Assembly: GCA_040954595.2 (NCBI GenBank)
Contig: CM082589.2
Coordinates: forward strand, 2,483,175 to 2,547,174
DNA from: Balanoglossus misakiensis
Taxonomy: Eukaryota; Animalia; Hemichordata
Length of the DNA stretch: 64,000 nucleotides
Reading direction: 5' to 3'
Part shown: piece after piece, positions 36,119-49,489 of the stretch
Layout of the letters: each line of letters starts with the position of its first letter
Numbering within the stretch: position 1 is the first letter of the stretch
Notes under the pieces: model-generated
Databases searched by the model: none
What the model saw: the letters and a program-made list of their open reading frames with translations, nothing else
What the model was told of the DNA's origin: nothing
Position numbers and translations under genes: made by a program

Positions 36119-39100
36119 TTATTGGGCAAACACTTTAATGCAGTGATTGGTTTGGTCAACTACAGCCACTCTGCATGGGACATCATTGGTCAGTGTGATA
36201 CCATGTGGCCACCCAAGTCCATCCTCATCACTGTCAATGCGAGATATGAATCTGCCTTTGCTGTCGAACTTCACCACGCGTTTGTTTCCTTTGTCACAGA
36301 CATACACATTTCCGTCTTTATCTGTCACTATTCCCGATGGCCAATTCAGGCTGACATCTGCGCTGATGTTGCGAAATGAGTATAAAAACTCACAGTCTGC
36401 ATTGAACACCTGAACTCGGTAATTGTTCATATCTGATACAAATGCTTCTCCTCGACTGTTGATATCCACATATGAAGGTCCGAAGAATTCTCCCTCTTTA
36501 GTGCCATACTTTCCAAAGGATTTGATGTGCTGACCTTGCTGTGTGTATTTCCTGATACAGTGACTACCTTCCTTGTCTGTGGCATCACCCTTTCCATCCC
36601 AGTCTGTGACATACACACTGCCATCTAGAGGACTGATACCAATTCCATCGGCATGTTTCAGTTCAGGTTGTCCAAAGTGCCTGAGTACATGTCCATCCTC
36701 ATCGCTTACAACTACTTGATTGTTGCCCTTATCTGTCATGAAGTATTCGTCATCAGCTGATACTGACACATCGTTTGGTTGAAATGGTTTCTCAAACTGT
36801 GTGAACGTTAAACTTGATTTGTAATTTCCATCTCTGTCGGCTATGTGTACCCTGTTGTTACCTTTATCAGCTGTAACAAAGTCGCCGCGTTTATTAGTAG
36901 TTATCCCTAATGGCCTTCTAAGCTGACCTTTGCCTATTATCTTCACCAAACCCTTGACAGAAATTACAAATGGTGATCCTGGTATCGGCTGATCACCAAG
37001 GGTTATGGTGACTTCATGTCTACCACCAACATCTGCATGAATTCTCAGACTGTGTGTACCATCTCTGTTGTCAACCACTCCAACGTTTTCTTGTGACCCA
37101 TCTTCTTTGCAGATCTTTGCTGTGATTGCTTTGTGTGGTATGACTGGTTTCCCTCTTCTGTATTCAATTCTGACAATGACGTCAGCAGACTCACCCCTGA
37201 CGAGTCTTTTGGGAATATCCTCTACTCTACACTGTGATGCACTGATATCGAGTTCCAGGAATCCCAACAGTCCATGCTGCAGAGGGTCTTCAGAAGGGTT
37301 GAATCTAACTATTTCCGTTTTTATGAATTGATTCATTTGATGAACAAATTCATGAATGTGAAGCAGAGTTTGTTTCTTTGATGACATTAGGTGAGCAGAA
37401 CTCCCATCATTCACCAGTGCTTCCATGTAATCGCATGCCTTGGAAATACTTCCATGTTTTTCTTCCCAATCATCCACTTCAGTTTCGATGGTGTGTCTGA
37501 TCATCTTGTATTCATCTTTCATCTCTTCAACCAGTCTGAACTCTTCCCTCTTCACCATTTTTATTATCTTCTTTGCTTTATTTCTCACTTTCTCCTCTTC
37601 CTCTTGACGATGTACTTCTAGGTCATCTTTGATACCCTCACCTCCAGTGTCACGTGACTTGACGGCCTGTTCATTTCTTCTCAACTTCGTCACCATCTCT
37701 CTCAGTTGTTTTCTGTAATCATCAGCGGCAACTTGTATCTGTCTGTGGACATGGTCAGGAATAGGATGTGCAGTGATACATTCAGGACAGATGCATACTT
37801 GACAACTATCACAAAACAGATGTACTTCATTCTGTGTGTGAAAGCTGCAGTACACTTGACCTTGTTGTGATTGCTGACTTGATACTTCTTTCAAGTATTT
37901 GTCAAGTTTGACGTCACTCTGACCTTTGACAGCTTTTGTGTCTTCATGGACAGTTATACAGGAAGAACAAAACTTGGCACTGCACTCTCTGCATCTATGT
38001 AGCGATTCAGTTTCTTTGCAACCTTCACATTGACCTATTTCTAAATCTTCGGTTTTCTCTGTTTCTTTTGCAAAACTCGCCTTCAAAGAATAAGTTGTGA
38101 AAAATATATATTATTAAACAATTTAAGTGAGTGGTATTCCTGATTAAAAATATTCATGACACTTTTTGGTATCATTGTCGAAGGCTTATACTTATGAAAA
38201 ATGATCTCGAGAATCAAAGTATAATAAACACGTGACAAAGCAGTATATTATATGATGTACGTTGTTAAAACAGTTTACTTGAACATACATGTATAGTGAT
38301 TTCAACCCGATGATGTTCACGTAATGTACACCAAACTTTATATTCCACTGGAAATGATTACCTGGGTATTAAATGTTTACTTACTGTTGAGAGCGCACCT
38401 CGTTTTGTTCTCTCACGAACTGCAATTTTTTCAGCTAGATCTTTTTCAACCTGCAGTCGTTTGATTTCGGCTTGCTGAATTGATTCTGTCTGCTTCAGTT
38501 CAGCAATCTGTGCAGCGTTAAAGTTAGCTTGCTTCTTGAGTTTTTCTAGCTGATCTTTGACTTCGTCTGTGTCTATTTCTAAGTCCTCAGTTTTGTGTGC
38601 TTCCTTTGCAATACTTGCCTATAAAGAAAAGATTGTGATATTTGTATTATTAAACAATTTAAAAGTACTGATGCCAATAAAATGTCTCTCTTTTGTGGCA
38701 ACACGCTTGAAGATAATTAGTCAAGTAAAAAAACACGACAAATAGTTGTATTTGATAGTAAAATTTGCAATGCATAAATGACAAAATACGGTTAGTGTCA
38801 TTTCAGTAGTTTTTGTTTTGTGTATGAACTAAAATACACAATGAAAAAGGGGCCACATGGCTTAAATTTAGTCAGTAAAGAAATTAATTTTTTGCCAATG
38901 GTTTTTCTATTGGCGAACACATTCAACAAAACACATTCAAGAAAGTTTATCTCCTAATTGAGCACGGTGACTATATTATTTTTTTGACCAGTGAATTTAA
39001 TTTCATTTGGAAGAACTATGAGTAAAACTTCATGAAAATGACAAAATCAGAAGCAATCAGACGATAAATATGTCTTAAAAAGCTTAAAAAGTGTGTACCT

Positions 39101-41732
39101 ATATCTTAGCTTGGCGCCAAGTTTTACTTTTAAATCCATTACTAGTTTACATACCGTCAGTCGATTGATTTCTTCTTCACATTCTGCCTTTGTAATTTGA
39201 AGATTCTTAATCACATTTTGGTCTGCAGCATGCTTCAATGCCACGAGCTTCACTACAGCTTTACTGTAATTTAGGGCCACCTACAAAATATACATAATAC
39301 ATGCATCCTTTTATCAGACTTTGCTCATGTCAAGAATATAAGACTTGCAACATGTTCGGATATAAATCGCTTGATTCTGTTGAGCGATAAATTTCTTCCA
39401 CTCCATGGCGACACATCAGAGTCGAAATCGGTTGAACGGATGTAGGATGTAGGTCTACATTAAGAATGTCATTGTATGTATCGGTAAACTAAATTTTGGT
39501 AAGTTGAGCATCAAAGTCTAATTGATAAGTCTTTATAGACAGCTACATTACTACGGTTGCATTCGGACTGGAGTCCATATTATCATTAGTAAATAGTACT
39601 AGTCACAACCTAGGCGACTAAGGTCAACCTTATGACCCTGACAACCCATGAATGTTGATAACATATCGTTTGGTCAAAGGTGATTATTGATATTCTGAAA
39701 CTGACCCCACCTGAGTGATATGGGTCATGGATTCCCGAGTGGCCGAAAATATACTTTATAGAATAAACTTATAAGGGCATGGGAATCGCGTCAGTTGACT
39801 ACGTGCACTTACCAAAGACGTCGACACAAGTTTCATTTTCATATTTGCTGCATATTTCTGGTGCTCTGTCTTGAGTTCTGCTGCATATTTGGAAGCTGTC
39901 TCCTTCTCTGCTTTGAGTTCTTTGATTCTGTGCTGTGATGCCTGGAGAAGAGACCTTCTGCCGAATTCTGATATTTCATTTAAAGTCGGCCAGACTGTTG
40001 ACATCAAGTTCAGTACATCGATACAAGGAAATCTCAGTGTGATGGACTGCAATCTTCTGTTTCTTGCGTTCTCTGTGTGTAAACAAAATATTTAAATATC
40101 GGGATGCACATATACCACAGCTACTATCACATTATACTCAGGGTACAGCAACAAGAAAATATAGCAAAATTAAATGGTGATATGGGAAATTATAAGCTAT
40201 ATTCGGGCAAAATTATTACTCGAATACGTGTGATGCCGCCAACTGCATAAAGGTATACATTTCGTGATAAGCTGTTTTGATTACAGGCATACAACATCTC
40301 ATTTTATGTAACGTCGATAAAATGCGTTTTAATTGATTACCTTTGAAATATTGTATTCCTATGTCCAACTGTAACTGGTCAACTTGAACAGCTATGTAGA
40401 ATTCAACATTGGATGCTTTGTCTGCAATTAGTGCTTTGATTCTCGGTGATATCAGGATGTCACTCAATTCTTGCTCAACATCGCCATTTCTAAGTCCTTT
40501 TCTGAAGCACTGGATACCATATATCTCAAAAGCTCGAAGTGCTAGGATAACAGATGATATCTTTATCCCCATCAGCTCTATGCGATACTGTTTAAGGGCT
40601 TTATACATCGCCTTGGACTTGTCAGGACATTCTCCTTTCTTGATTTCAGCGATTTCGTATTTGTATATCTCCTTTGCACTCTGGAATAATTCTAATTGTA
40701 TCCATTGCTCTAATTGATCGCCGCGTTTTGCCAGATCTATGCTGACATCAAAATCTGAAATTGTAATGTTTTTGATGAGTTTCAATATACATGTATACAG
40801 AGTGAACTTTTAAAGTATGGACTAAAATCTAATTAATTATCTATCAAAAGTCTCATGTTACTCAGTCTGGCTGTAAAATTCAATGACGCATTACTGATCA
40901 AATACCGACTGATTGCTAGATAAAAACACACAGAGAATAAGGATGCGTTTACTGCTATTCGGGGATGAAGGAATGTCAATTACATTGTAACGGCTTACTA
41001 ATTTTTGACCTCTCAATGCCCCAAATAATACAGAAGGTACTCACCAACGTAGGGCTGCATTTCTGATCCTGGCAGGTCAGTGACACTTGATCGCCTTCTT
41101 CTTTGCCCTTAAGTAAAATAAAATGTAAAAATGCATTGATAAAACTTACAAAGTATCGAAAACAGAGTTACTTGCCAATTTCTCCCGCTGATTTTCAAAA
41201 CCGTTCCCCAAGTTTAAGTACAAGTACCTGACCAGTCCATAAATAAATGCATCACCAAATACCCCACAGGCAGAGTAGAGGACAAGGTGTTATCCTTCTG
41301 TAGTAAAATCATTATTTTTTTAAACGGTAATAAAAGGGAAAGTTATTCACTTTTAAAATAGCTTGTATCTGTCCGTTTGAAGGAATCTGTAGCTGACGCC
41401 ATAATGTGATTGTTATAATGAGGTTCAGTATCCGTAAAAGACTCACCTAATGCGTTCGATTGAAAAGTTTCCACTTTCTTCTTTAGCTCTGGGAGTTTTA
41501 AAAGTCCCATCAGTTCAACCAATACCTCCACGTTCTCTTCGGACACATGACCACTTTCTTCCAATTTCTCAAAAACGTCCATAGCAGTTTCGGTTTTCTC
41601 AACTTCGGTTTTGGTCAGTTGGTTCCCTCTGATTAGCGACTTCATCAGCTTTACATTTTCCTTGCTTAGTTCTTGGTGTAAAGTTAGTAAGAGAATCCTG
41701 AGCGGCGGTATTTTGGTTGACCTAGTCTCCAT
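36119..41732 (-). CDS. DED - TRADD-N-like - coiled coil - B-box x2 - coiled coil - filamin/Ig - NHL repeat protein (RING-less TRIM2/3-like chimera), copy 1, ~1114 aa
   Basis: Exons 41447-41732, 41045-41107, 40341-40754, 39813-40072, 39155-39280, 38385-38618 and 36119-38080. All GT-AG with compatible phases; total 3345 nt. Exon 1 has a DED-type pattern (LRILLLTLHQELSKENVKLMKSLI...AMDVFEKLEESGHVSEENVEVLVELM). B-box2 is CSFH...LFCDSCQVCICPECITAHPIPDHVH. Filamin motif DNRDGTH...GDQPIPGSPF. Six NHL blades. Confidence 0.85.
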
Positions 41733-43888
41733 GCTTATAAAATGGCGTCAACCAACCATAACCATACTCATCTAATCACAATTTTTGTGCATTTTTGCTG
41801 CACCTGAAATAAAATTATACGCCATTTTGGTCAATAAGGACTGTTGAACTTTACAACAGAACAGGGCGGAGCATTAACACGTAAACATAGTCAATGATTT
41901 ATTGCATAGGTCTGGGACTAATTGGAGAAATGAAATAACAACATGTTCTTGTAAATATATAACGATGCAGATGGGGGGGGGGGGGGGGTGATGTTAGTCT
42001 AATGTAACTTCGTCGCCGCGAATGTGAAGATAGAAGGCCCGCAACATTACAAACTACAGTGTTCCGTATCAACCATAAAAATTTGATTGGTATCAAAATC
42101 ACTTATGTCCTGAACCCACAATATGAATGTTCAGAAAAATCTGTCTATAAATCATTGCTAACTGCCAATATTTTAAAGTCATATATCCAAACTTATATTG
42201 AAATCTATGTATCAGGCGGCTAGTATAGTCCTTGTCAACATGACAAAGACTATACTGTACAGCCATAGGCATGAGATACAAAACCAATTAAATCAACATC
42301 CACGATCTACATTACTTGTTTGTCTGATTCTAAATATACACCAGGTCGAAGTGTAGATTTAGCTTATATCCGCCGACAAACGTTTCTGTACGTTTATCAA
42401 CTTGTGGCGTACTGGGCAGGTCGCCAGCTTTGGCTCCAGAAGTCGATCGATTGGTGGGTCTCTCCTTATGTCTAAGGTAAAGTCAATAAATGTTAGCAGA
42501 CACTAGTACGCGTTGTTTTAGAACTTTATCAGTGAGACATGTCCTGACACAACAATGCATAGCTGAACTGCCAGTCTGCTGTTTGGCAACAGTGGAACTT
42601 GTATTAGACTAGCGGAGTAGGTTAAAATGGGCCACAATTTGAAACGGGGAGAGGTGTGGCGCAGAATTGTCTGTGTTCACACACACCTGTACGCAGAGCT
42701 ATAAGTAATGTGGTAGTAGCTTTGGCTTGTAAGTAGATGAGGAGTGTTTATTTTGTTTGGCAAATGAACTCAACTTCGAGGTTGGCGCCATTTTTAACGT
42801 TGGAAATAACTTTCGTCTATTCGTCTAATTACTGGCACAGGTCGCAGCACCCGAGCCTGCGCAGATTTACGGCACGCCGAAGCCTTGACACTCGGGAAAG
42901 ATTTTCTACCTTTGCTCTAATATCTGGGGTAGTTCGTCCTGTCATTGTTGTGTAGATTAGGTAAAGGTAACTATATTAAAATGTTGTGTGTTTAGATAAA
43001 AAGTGAAAACAAATAAACTTCTCCAAGTTAAAAGGGCGCGTTTACATCTTCGAAGTTTGTTGGCACATTTCTTCATAGTGTAAACATAGTGAATTATCAT
43101 GAATATGGGGACTGGGCAGTGGTCGGGGAGTCGATGCGTTCTCAAAGCGCCACCAATATAATGTCTATTCGAAAGTATGCGGTATGCAGTAGAGTATACG
43201 GTGAAAATCTAATAATGTGGTCAGAAACCGCACGACACTTTATCAGTGAGACATGTCCTGACACAAAAATGCATAGCTGAACTGCCAGTCCGCCGTTTGG
43301 CAACAGTGTAGAAAATAGTTAGAAAAATCTATCGGTGAGCATATCAAACAGTCGATATTACAAGATCATCTTGTCCTCGAACTTGAAAAGTCTCCAAGCA
43401 TGAATCTGTATGCAAATTTAACAAACTCCCGAAAAGATTATCATTCTTTCGCACAAACAGGAATTTTGTGTAACACGGTCAGCATCAGTACAGTACCACG
43501 TTACTCGAATTAGGGTCACAACATCCACAGGGGATGGGCGTTTTATGTGAACTATAAACTTGATTGAAATAGCTGACTAGCTGACACGAAAGTAACATAA
43601 ATGCCACCATATTATAAAAACACAGGAATTATAATCTATCAAGTTCAAATCTCTGTCAGGCATGAGACGTTTCCCAGTTTGTGATTTACAGGAAGTGAAT
43701 AACTCAGTCTTCAGTTTGATTGTTCACTCATGAGTTATTGTGGAACATTTGCACAATTTGACTCCAGTTTTTATGCCTATTGTCCTTCATATTCAGTGAC
43801 CACTATTTGTGTGCAAGTATAGGTGAAACCCTCACCATTTCTTTTTTGTCTTTGTCATTTTCGTGATGCACAACGTTTACAGAAGTGT

Positions 43889-46800
43889 TTATTGGGCAAA
43901 CACTTTAATGCAGTCATTGATGCAGTCAACTACAGCCACTCTGCATGGGACATCATTGGTCAGTGTGATACCATGTGGCCACTCAAGTCCATCCTCATCA
44001 CTGTCAATGCGAGATATGAATCTGCCTCTGCTGTCGAACTTCACCACGCGTTTGTTTCCTCTGTCACAGACATACACATATCCGTCTTCATCTGTCACCA
44101 CTCCCCTAGGGAATTTCAGGCTGACATCTGCGCTGATGTTGCGTAATGAGTACAAAAACTCACAATCTGCATTGAACACCTGAACACGGTTATTGTTTAT
44201 ATCTGATACAAATGCTTCTCCTCGACTGTTGATATCCACATATACAGGTCCGAAGAATTCTCCCTCTTCAGTGCCATGTTTTCCAAAGGATTTGATGTGC
44301 TGACCTTGCTGTGTGTATTTCCTGACACAGTAACTACCTTCCTTGTCTGTGTCATCACCCTTTCCATCATAGTCTGTGACATACACACTGCCATCTAGAG
44401 GACTGATACCAATTCCTTGGGCATATTTCAGTTCAGGTTTTCCGAAGTGTCTGAGTACTTGTCCATCCTCATCGCTTACAACTACTTGACTGTTGCCCCG
44501 ATCAGTCATGAAGTATTCATCATCAGCTGATACTGACACATCCTTTGGTTGAAAGGGCTTCTCAAACTGTGTGAATGTTAAACTTGATTTGTAATTTCCA
44601 TCTCTGTCGGCTATGTGTAGCCTATTGTTATCTCTATCAGCTGTAACAAAGTCGCCGTGTTTATTAGTAGTTATCCCTAATGGTCTGTCAAGCTGACCTT
44701 TGCCTATTATCTTCACCAAGCCCTTGACAGAAATTACAAATGGTGATCCTGGTATCGGCTGATCACCAAGGGTTATGGCGACTTCATGTCTACCACCGAC
44801 ATCTGCGTGAATTCTCACACTGTGTGTACCATCTCTGTTGTCAACCACTCCAACGTCTACTTGTGACCCATCTTCTTTACAGAACTTTGCTGTGATTGCT
44901 TTGTATGGAATGACTGGTTTTCCTCTTCTGTCTTCGATTCTGACAATGACGTCAGCAGACTCACCCCGGACGAGTCTTTTGGGAATATCCTCTACTCTAC
45001 ACTGGGATGCACTGATATCGAGTGTCAGAAATCCCAGCATTCCATGCTGCAGAGGGTCAGCAGAAGGATGGAATTTGATTAACTCGGATTTTATGAACTG
45101 ATTCACTTTATGAACAAATTCTTGAATGTGAAGCAGAGTTTGTTTCTTTGACGACATTAGGTGAGCAGAACTCCCATCATTCACCAGTGCGTCAATATAA
45201 TCGCATGCCTTGGAAATATTTCCATGTTTTTCTTCCCAATCATCTACTTCAGTTTCGATGGTGTGTCTGATCATCTTGTATCCAAGTTTCATCTCTTCAA
45301 CCAGTCTGAACTCTTCCCTCTTCACCATTTTTAGTATCTTCTTTGCTTTATTTCTCACTTTCTCCTCTTCCTCTTGACGATGTACTTCCAGGTCATCTTT
45401 GATACCCTCACCTCCAGTGTCACGTGACATGACGGCCTGTTCAGTTCCTCTCAACTTCACCACCATCTCTCTCAGTTGTTTTCTGTAATCATCAGCGGCA
45501 ACTTGTATCTGTCTGTGGACATGGTCAGGAATAGGATGTGCAGTGATACACTCAGGACAGATGCATACTTGACAGCTATCACAAAACAGATGTACTTCAT
45601 TCTGTGTGTGAAAGCTGCAGTACACTTGACTTTGTTGTGATTTCTGACTTGATATTTCTTTCAAGTATTTGTCAAGTGTGACGTCACTCTGACCTTTGAC
45701 TGCTTCTGTGTCCTCATGGACAGTTATACAGGAAGAACAAAACTTGGCACTGCACTCTCTGCATCTATGTAGCGATTCAGTTTCTTTGCAACCTTCACAT
45801 TGACCTATTTCTAAATCTTCGGTTTTCTCTGTTTCTTTTGCAAAACTCGCCTTTAAAGAAAAAGTTGTGAAAAATATATATTATTAAACAATTTAAGGGA
45901 CTGGTTTTCCTGATTAAAAATATTCTGACACTTTTTGGTATCATTGTCGAAGGCTTAAATTTATGAAAAAACGATCTCGAGAATCAAAGTATAATAAACA
46001 CGTGACAAAAGCAGTATATTATATGCTGTACGTTATTAAAACAGTTTACTTGAACATACATGTATAGTGATTTCAACCCGATGATGTTCACGTAATGTAC
46101 ACCAAACTTTATATTCCATTGGAAATGATTATCTGGGTATTAAATGTTTACTTACTGTTGAGGGCGCACCTCGTTTTGTTCTCTCACGAACTGCAATTTT
46201 TTCAGCTAGCTCTTTTTCAATCTGCAGTCGTTTGATTTCGGCTTGCTGAATTGATTCTGTCTGCTTCAGTTCAGCAATCTGTGCAGTGTTAATGTTGGCT
46301 TGCTTCTTGAGTTTTTCTAGCTGATCTTTGATTTCGTCTGTGTCTATTTCTAAGTCCTCAGTTTTGTGTGCTTCCTTTGCAATACTTGCCTATAAAGAAA
46401 ATATTGTGATATTTGTATTATTAAACAATTTAAAAGTATTGATGCCAATAAAATGTCTCTCTTTTGTGGCAACACGCTTGAAGATAATTAGTCAAGTAAA
46501 AAAAACACGACAAATAGTTGCATTTGATAGTAAAATTTGCAATGCATAAATGACAAAATACGGTTAGTGTCATTTCAGTAGTTTTTGTTTTGTGTATGAA
46601 CTAAAATACGCAATGAAACAGGGGTCACATAGCTTAAATTTAGTCAGTAAAGAAATGAAGTTTTCACCAATGGTTTTTCTATTGGCGAACACATTCAACA
46701 AAGTTTATCTCCTAATTGAGCACGGTGACTATATTATTTTTTTGACCAGTGAATTTAATTTCATTTGGAAGAACTATGACTAAAACTTCATGAAAATGAC

Positions 46801-49489
46801 AAAATCAGAAGCAATCAGACGATAAATATGTCTTAAAAAGCTTAAAAAGTGTGCACCTATACCTTAGCTTGGCGCCATGTTTTACTTTTAAATCCGTTAC
46901 TATTTTACATACCGTCAGTCGATTGATTTCTTCTTCACATTCTGCCTTTGTGATTCGAAGATCCTTAATCACATTTTGGTCTGCAGCATGCTTCAATGCC
47001 ACGAGTTTCACCACAGCTTTACTGTAATTTAGGGCCACCTACAAAATATACATAATACATGCACCCTTTTATCAGACTTTGCTCATGTCAAGAATATAAG
47101 ACTTGCAACAGGTTCGGATATAAATCGCTTGATTCTGTTGAGCGATAAATTTCTTCCACTCCATGGCGACACATCAGAGTCGAAATCGGTTGAACGGATG
47201 TAGGCCTTGGTCTACATTAAGAATGTCATTGTATGTATCGGTAAACTACATTTTTGTAAGTTGAGCGTCAACGTCTAATTCTTAAGTCTTTATAGACAGG
47301 TACATTACTACGATTGCATTCGGACTGGAATCCATATTATCATTAGTAAATAGTACTAGTCACAACCTAGGCGACTAAGGTCAACCTTATGACCCTGACA
47401 ACCCATGAATGTTGATAACATATCGTTGGGTCAAAGGTGATTATTGATATTCTGAAACTGACCCCACTTGAGTGATATGGGTCATGGATTCCCGAGTGGC
47501 CGAAAATATACTTTATAGAATAAACTTATAAAGGCATGGGAATCGCGTCAGTTGACTACGTGCACTTACCAAAGACGTCGACACAAGTTTCATTTTCATA
47601 TTTGCTGCATATTTCTGGTGCTCTGTCTTGAGTTCTGCTGCATATTTGGAAGATGTCTCCTTCTCTGTTTTGAGTTCCTTGATTCTGTGTTGTGATGCCT
47701 GGAGAAGAGACCTTCTGCCGAATTCTGATATTTCATTTAAAGTCGGCCAGACTGTTGACATCAAGTTCAGTACATCGATACAAGGAAATCTCAGTGTGAT
47801 GGACTGCAATCTTCTGTTTCTTGCGTTCTCTGTGTGTAAACAAAATATTTAAATATCGGGATGCACATATACCACAGCTACTATCACATTATACTCAGGG
47901 TACAGCAACAAGAAAATATAGCAAAATTAAATGGTGATATGGGAAATTATAAGCTATATTCGGGCAAAATTATTACTCGAATACGTGTGATGCCGCCAAC
48001 TGCATAAAGGTATACATTTCGTGATAAGCTGTTTTGATTACAGGCATACAACATCTCATTTTATGTAACGTCGATAAAATGCGTTTTAATTGATTACCTT
48101 TGAAATATTGTATTCCTATGTCCAACTGTAACTGGTCAACTTGAACAGCTATGTAGAATTCAACATTGGATGCTTTGTCTGCAATTAGTGCTTTGATTCT
48201 CGGTGATATCAGGATGTCACTCAATTCTTGCTCAACATCGCCATTTCTAAGTCCTTTTCTGAAGCACTGGATACCATATATCTCAAAAGCTCGAAGTGCT
48301 AGGATAACAGATGATATCTTTATCCCCATCAGCTCTATGCGATACTGTTTAAGGGCTTTATACATCGCCTTGGACTTGTCAGGACATTCTCCTTTCTTGA
48401 TTTCAGCGATTTCGTATTTGTATATCTCCTTTGCACTCTGGAATAATTCTAATTGTATCCATTGCTCTAATTGATCGCCGCGTTTTGCCAGATCTATGCT
48501 GACATCAAAATCTGAAATTGTAATGTTTTTGATGAGTTTCAATATACATGTATACAGAGTGAACTTTTAAAGTATGGACTAAAATCTAATTAATTATCTA
48601 TCAAAAGTCTCATGTTACTCAGTCTGGCTGTAAAATTCAATGACGCATTACTGATCAAATACCGACTGATTGCTAGATAAAAACACACAGAGAATAAGGA
48701 TGCGTTTACTGCTATTCGGGGATGAAGGAATGTCAATTACATTGTAACGGCTTACTAATTTTTGACCTCTCAATGCCCCAAATAATACAGAAGGTACTCA
48801 CCAACGTAGGGCTGCATTTCTGATCCTGGCAGGTCAGTGACACTTGATCGCCTTCTTCTTTGCCCTTAAGTAAAATAAAATGTAAAAATGCATTGATAAA
48901 ACTTACAAAGTATCGAAAACAGAGTTACTTGCCAATTTCTCCCGCTGATTTTCAAAACCGTTCCCCAAGTTTAAGTACAAGTACCTGACCAGTCCATAAA
49001 TAAATGCATCACCAAATACCCCACAGGCAGAGTAGAGGACAAGGTGTTATCCTTCTGTAGTAAAATCATTATTTTTTTAAACGGTAATAAAAGGGAAAGT
49101 TATTCACTTTTAAAATAGCTTGTATCTGTCCGTTTGAAGGAATCTGTAGCTGACGCCATAATGTGATTGTTATAATGAGGTTCAGTATCCGTAAAAGACT
49201 CACCTAATGCGTTCGATTGAAAAGTTTCCACTTTCTTCTTTAGCTCTGGGAGTTTTAAAAGTCCCATAAGATCAACCAATACCTCCACGTTCTCTTCGGA
49301 CACATGACCACTTTCTTCCAATTTCTCAAAAACGTCCATAGCAGTTTCGGTTTTCTCAACTTCGGTTTTGGTCAGTTGGTTCCCTCTGATTAGCGACTTC
49401 ATCAGCTTTACATTTTCCTTGCTTAGTTCTTGGTGTAAAGTTAGTAAGAGAATCCTGAGCGGCGGTATTTTGGTTGACCTAGTCTCCAT
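43889..49489 (-). CDS. DED - TRADD-N-like - TRIM-NHL chimera, copy 2
   Basis: Exons 49204-49489, 48802-48864, 48098-48511, 47570-47829, 46913-47038, 46156-46389 and 43889-45850. Exon sizes are identical to copy 1 and the frame is open upstream of the ORF-track start. Confidence 0.85.
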
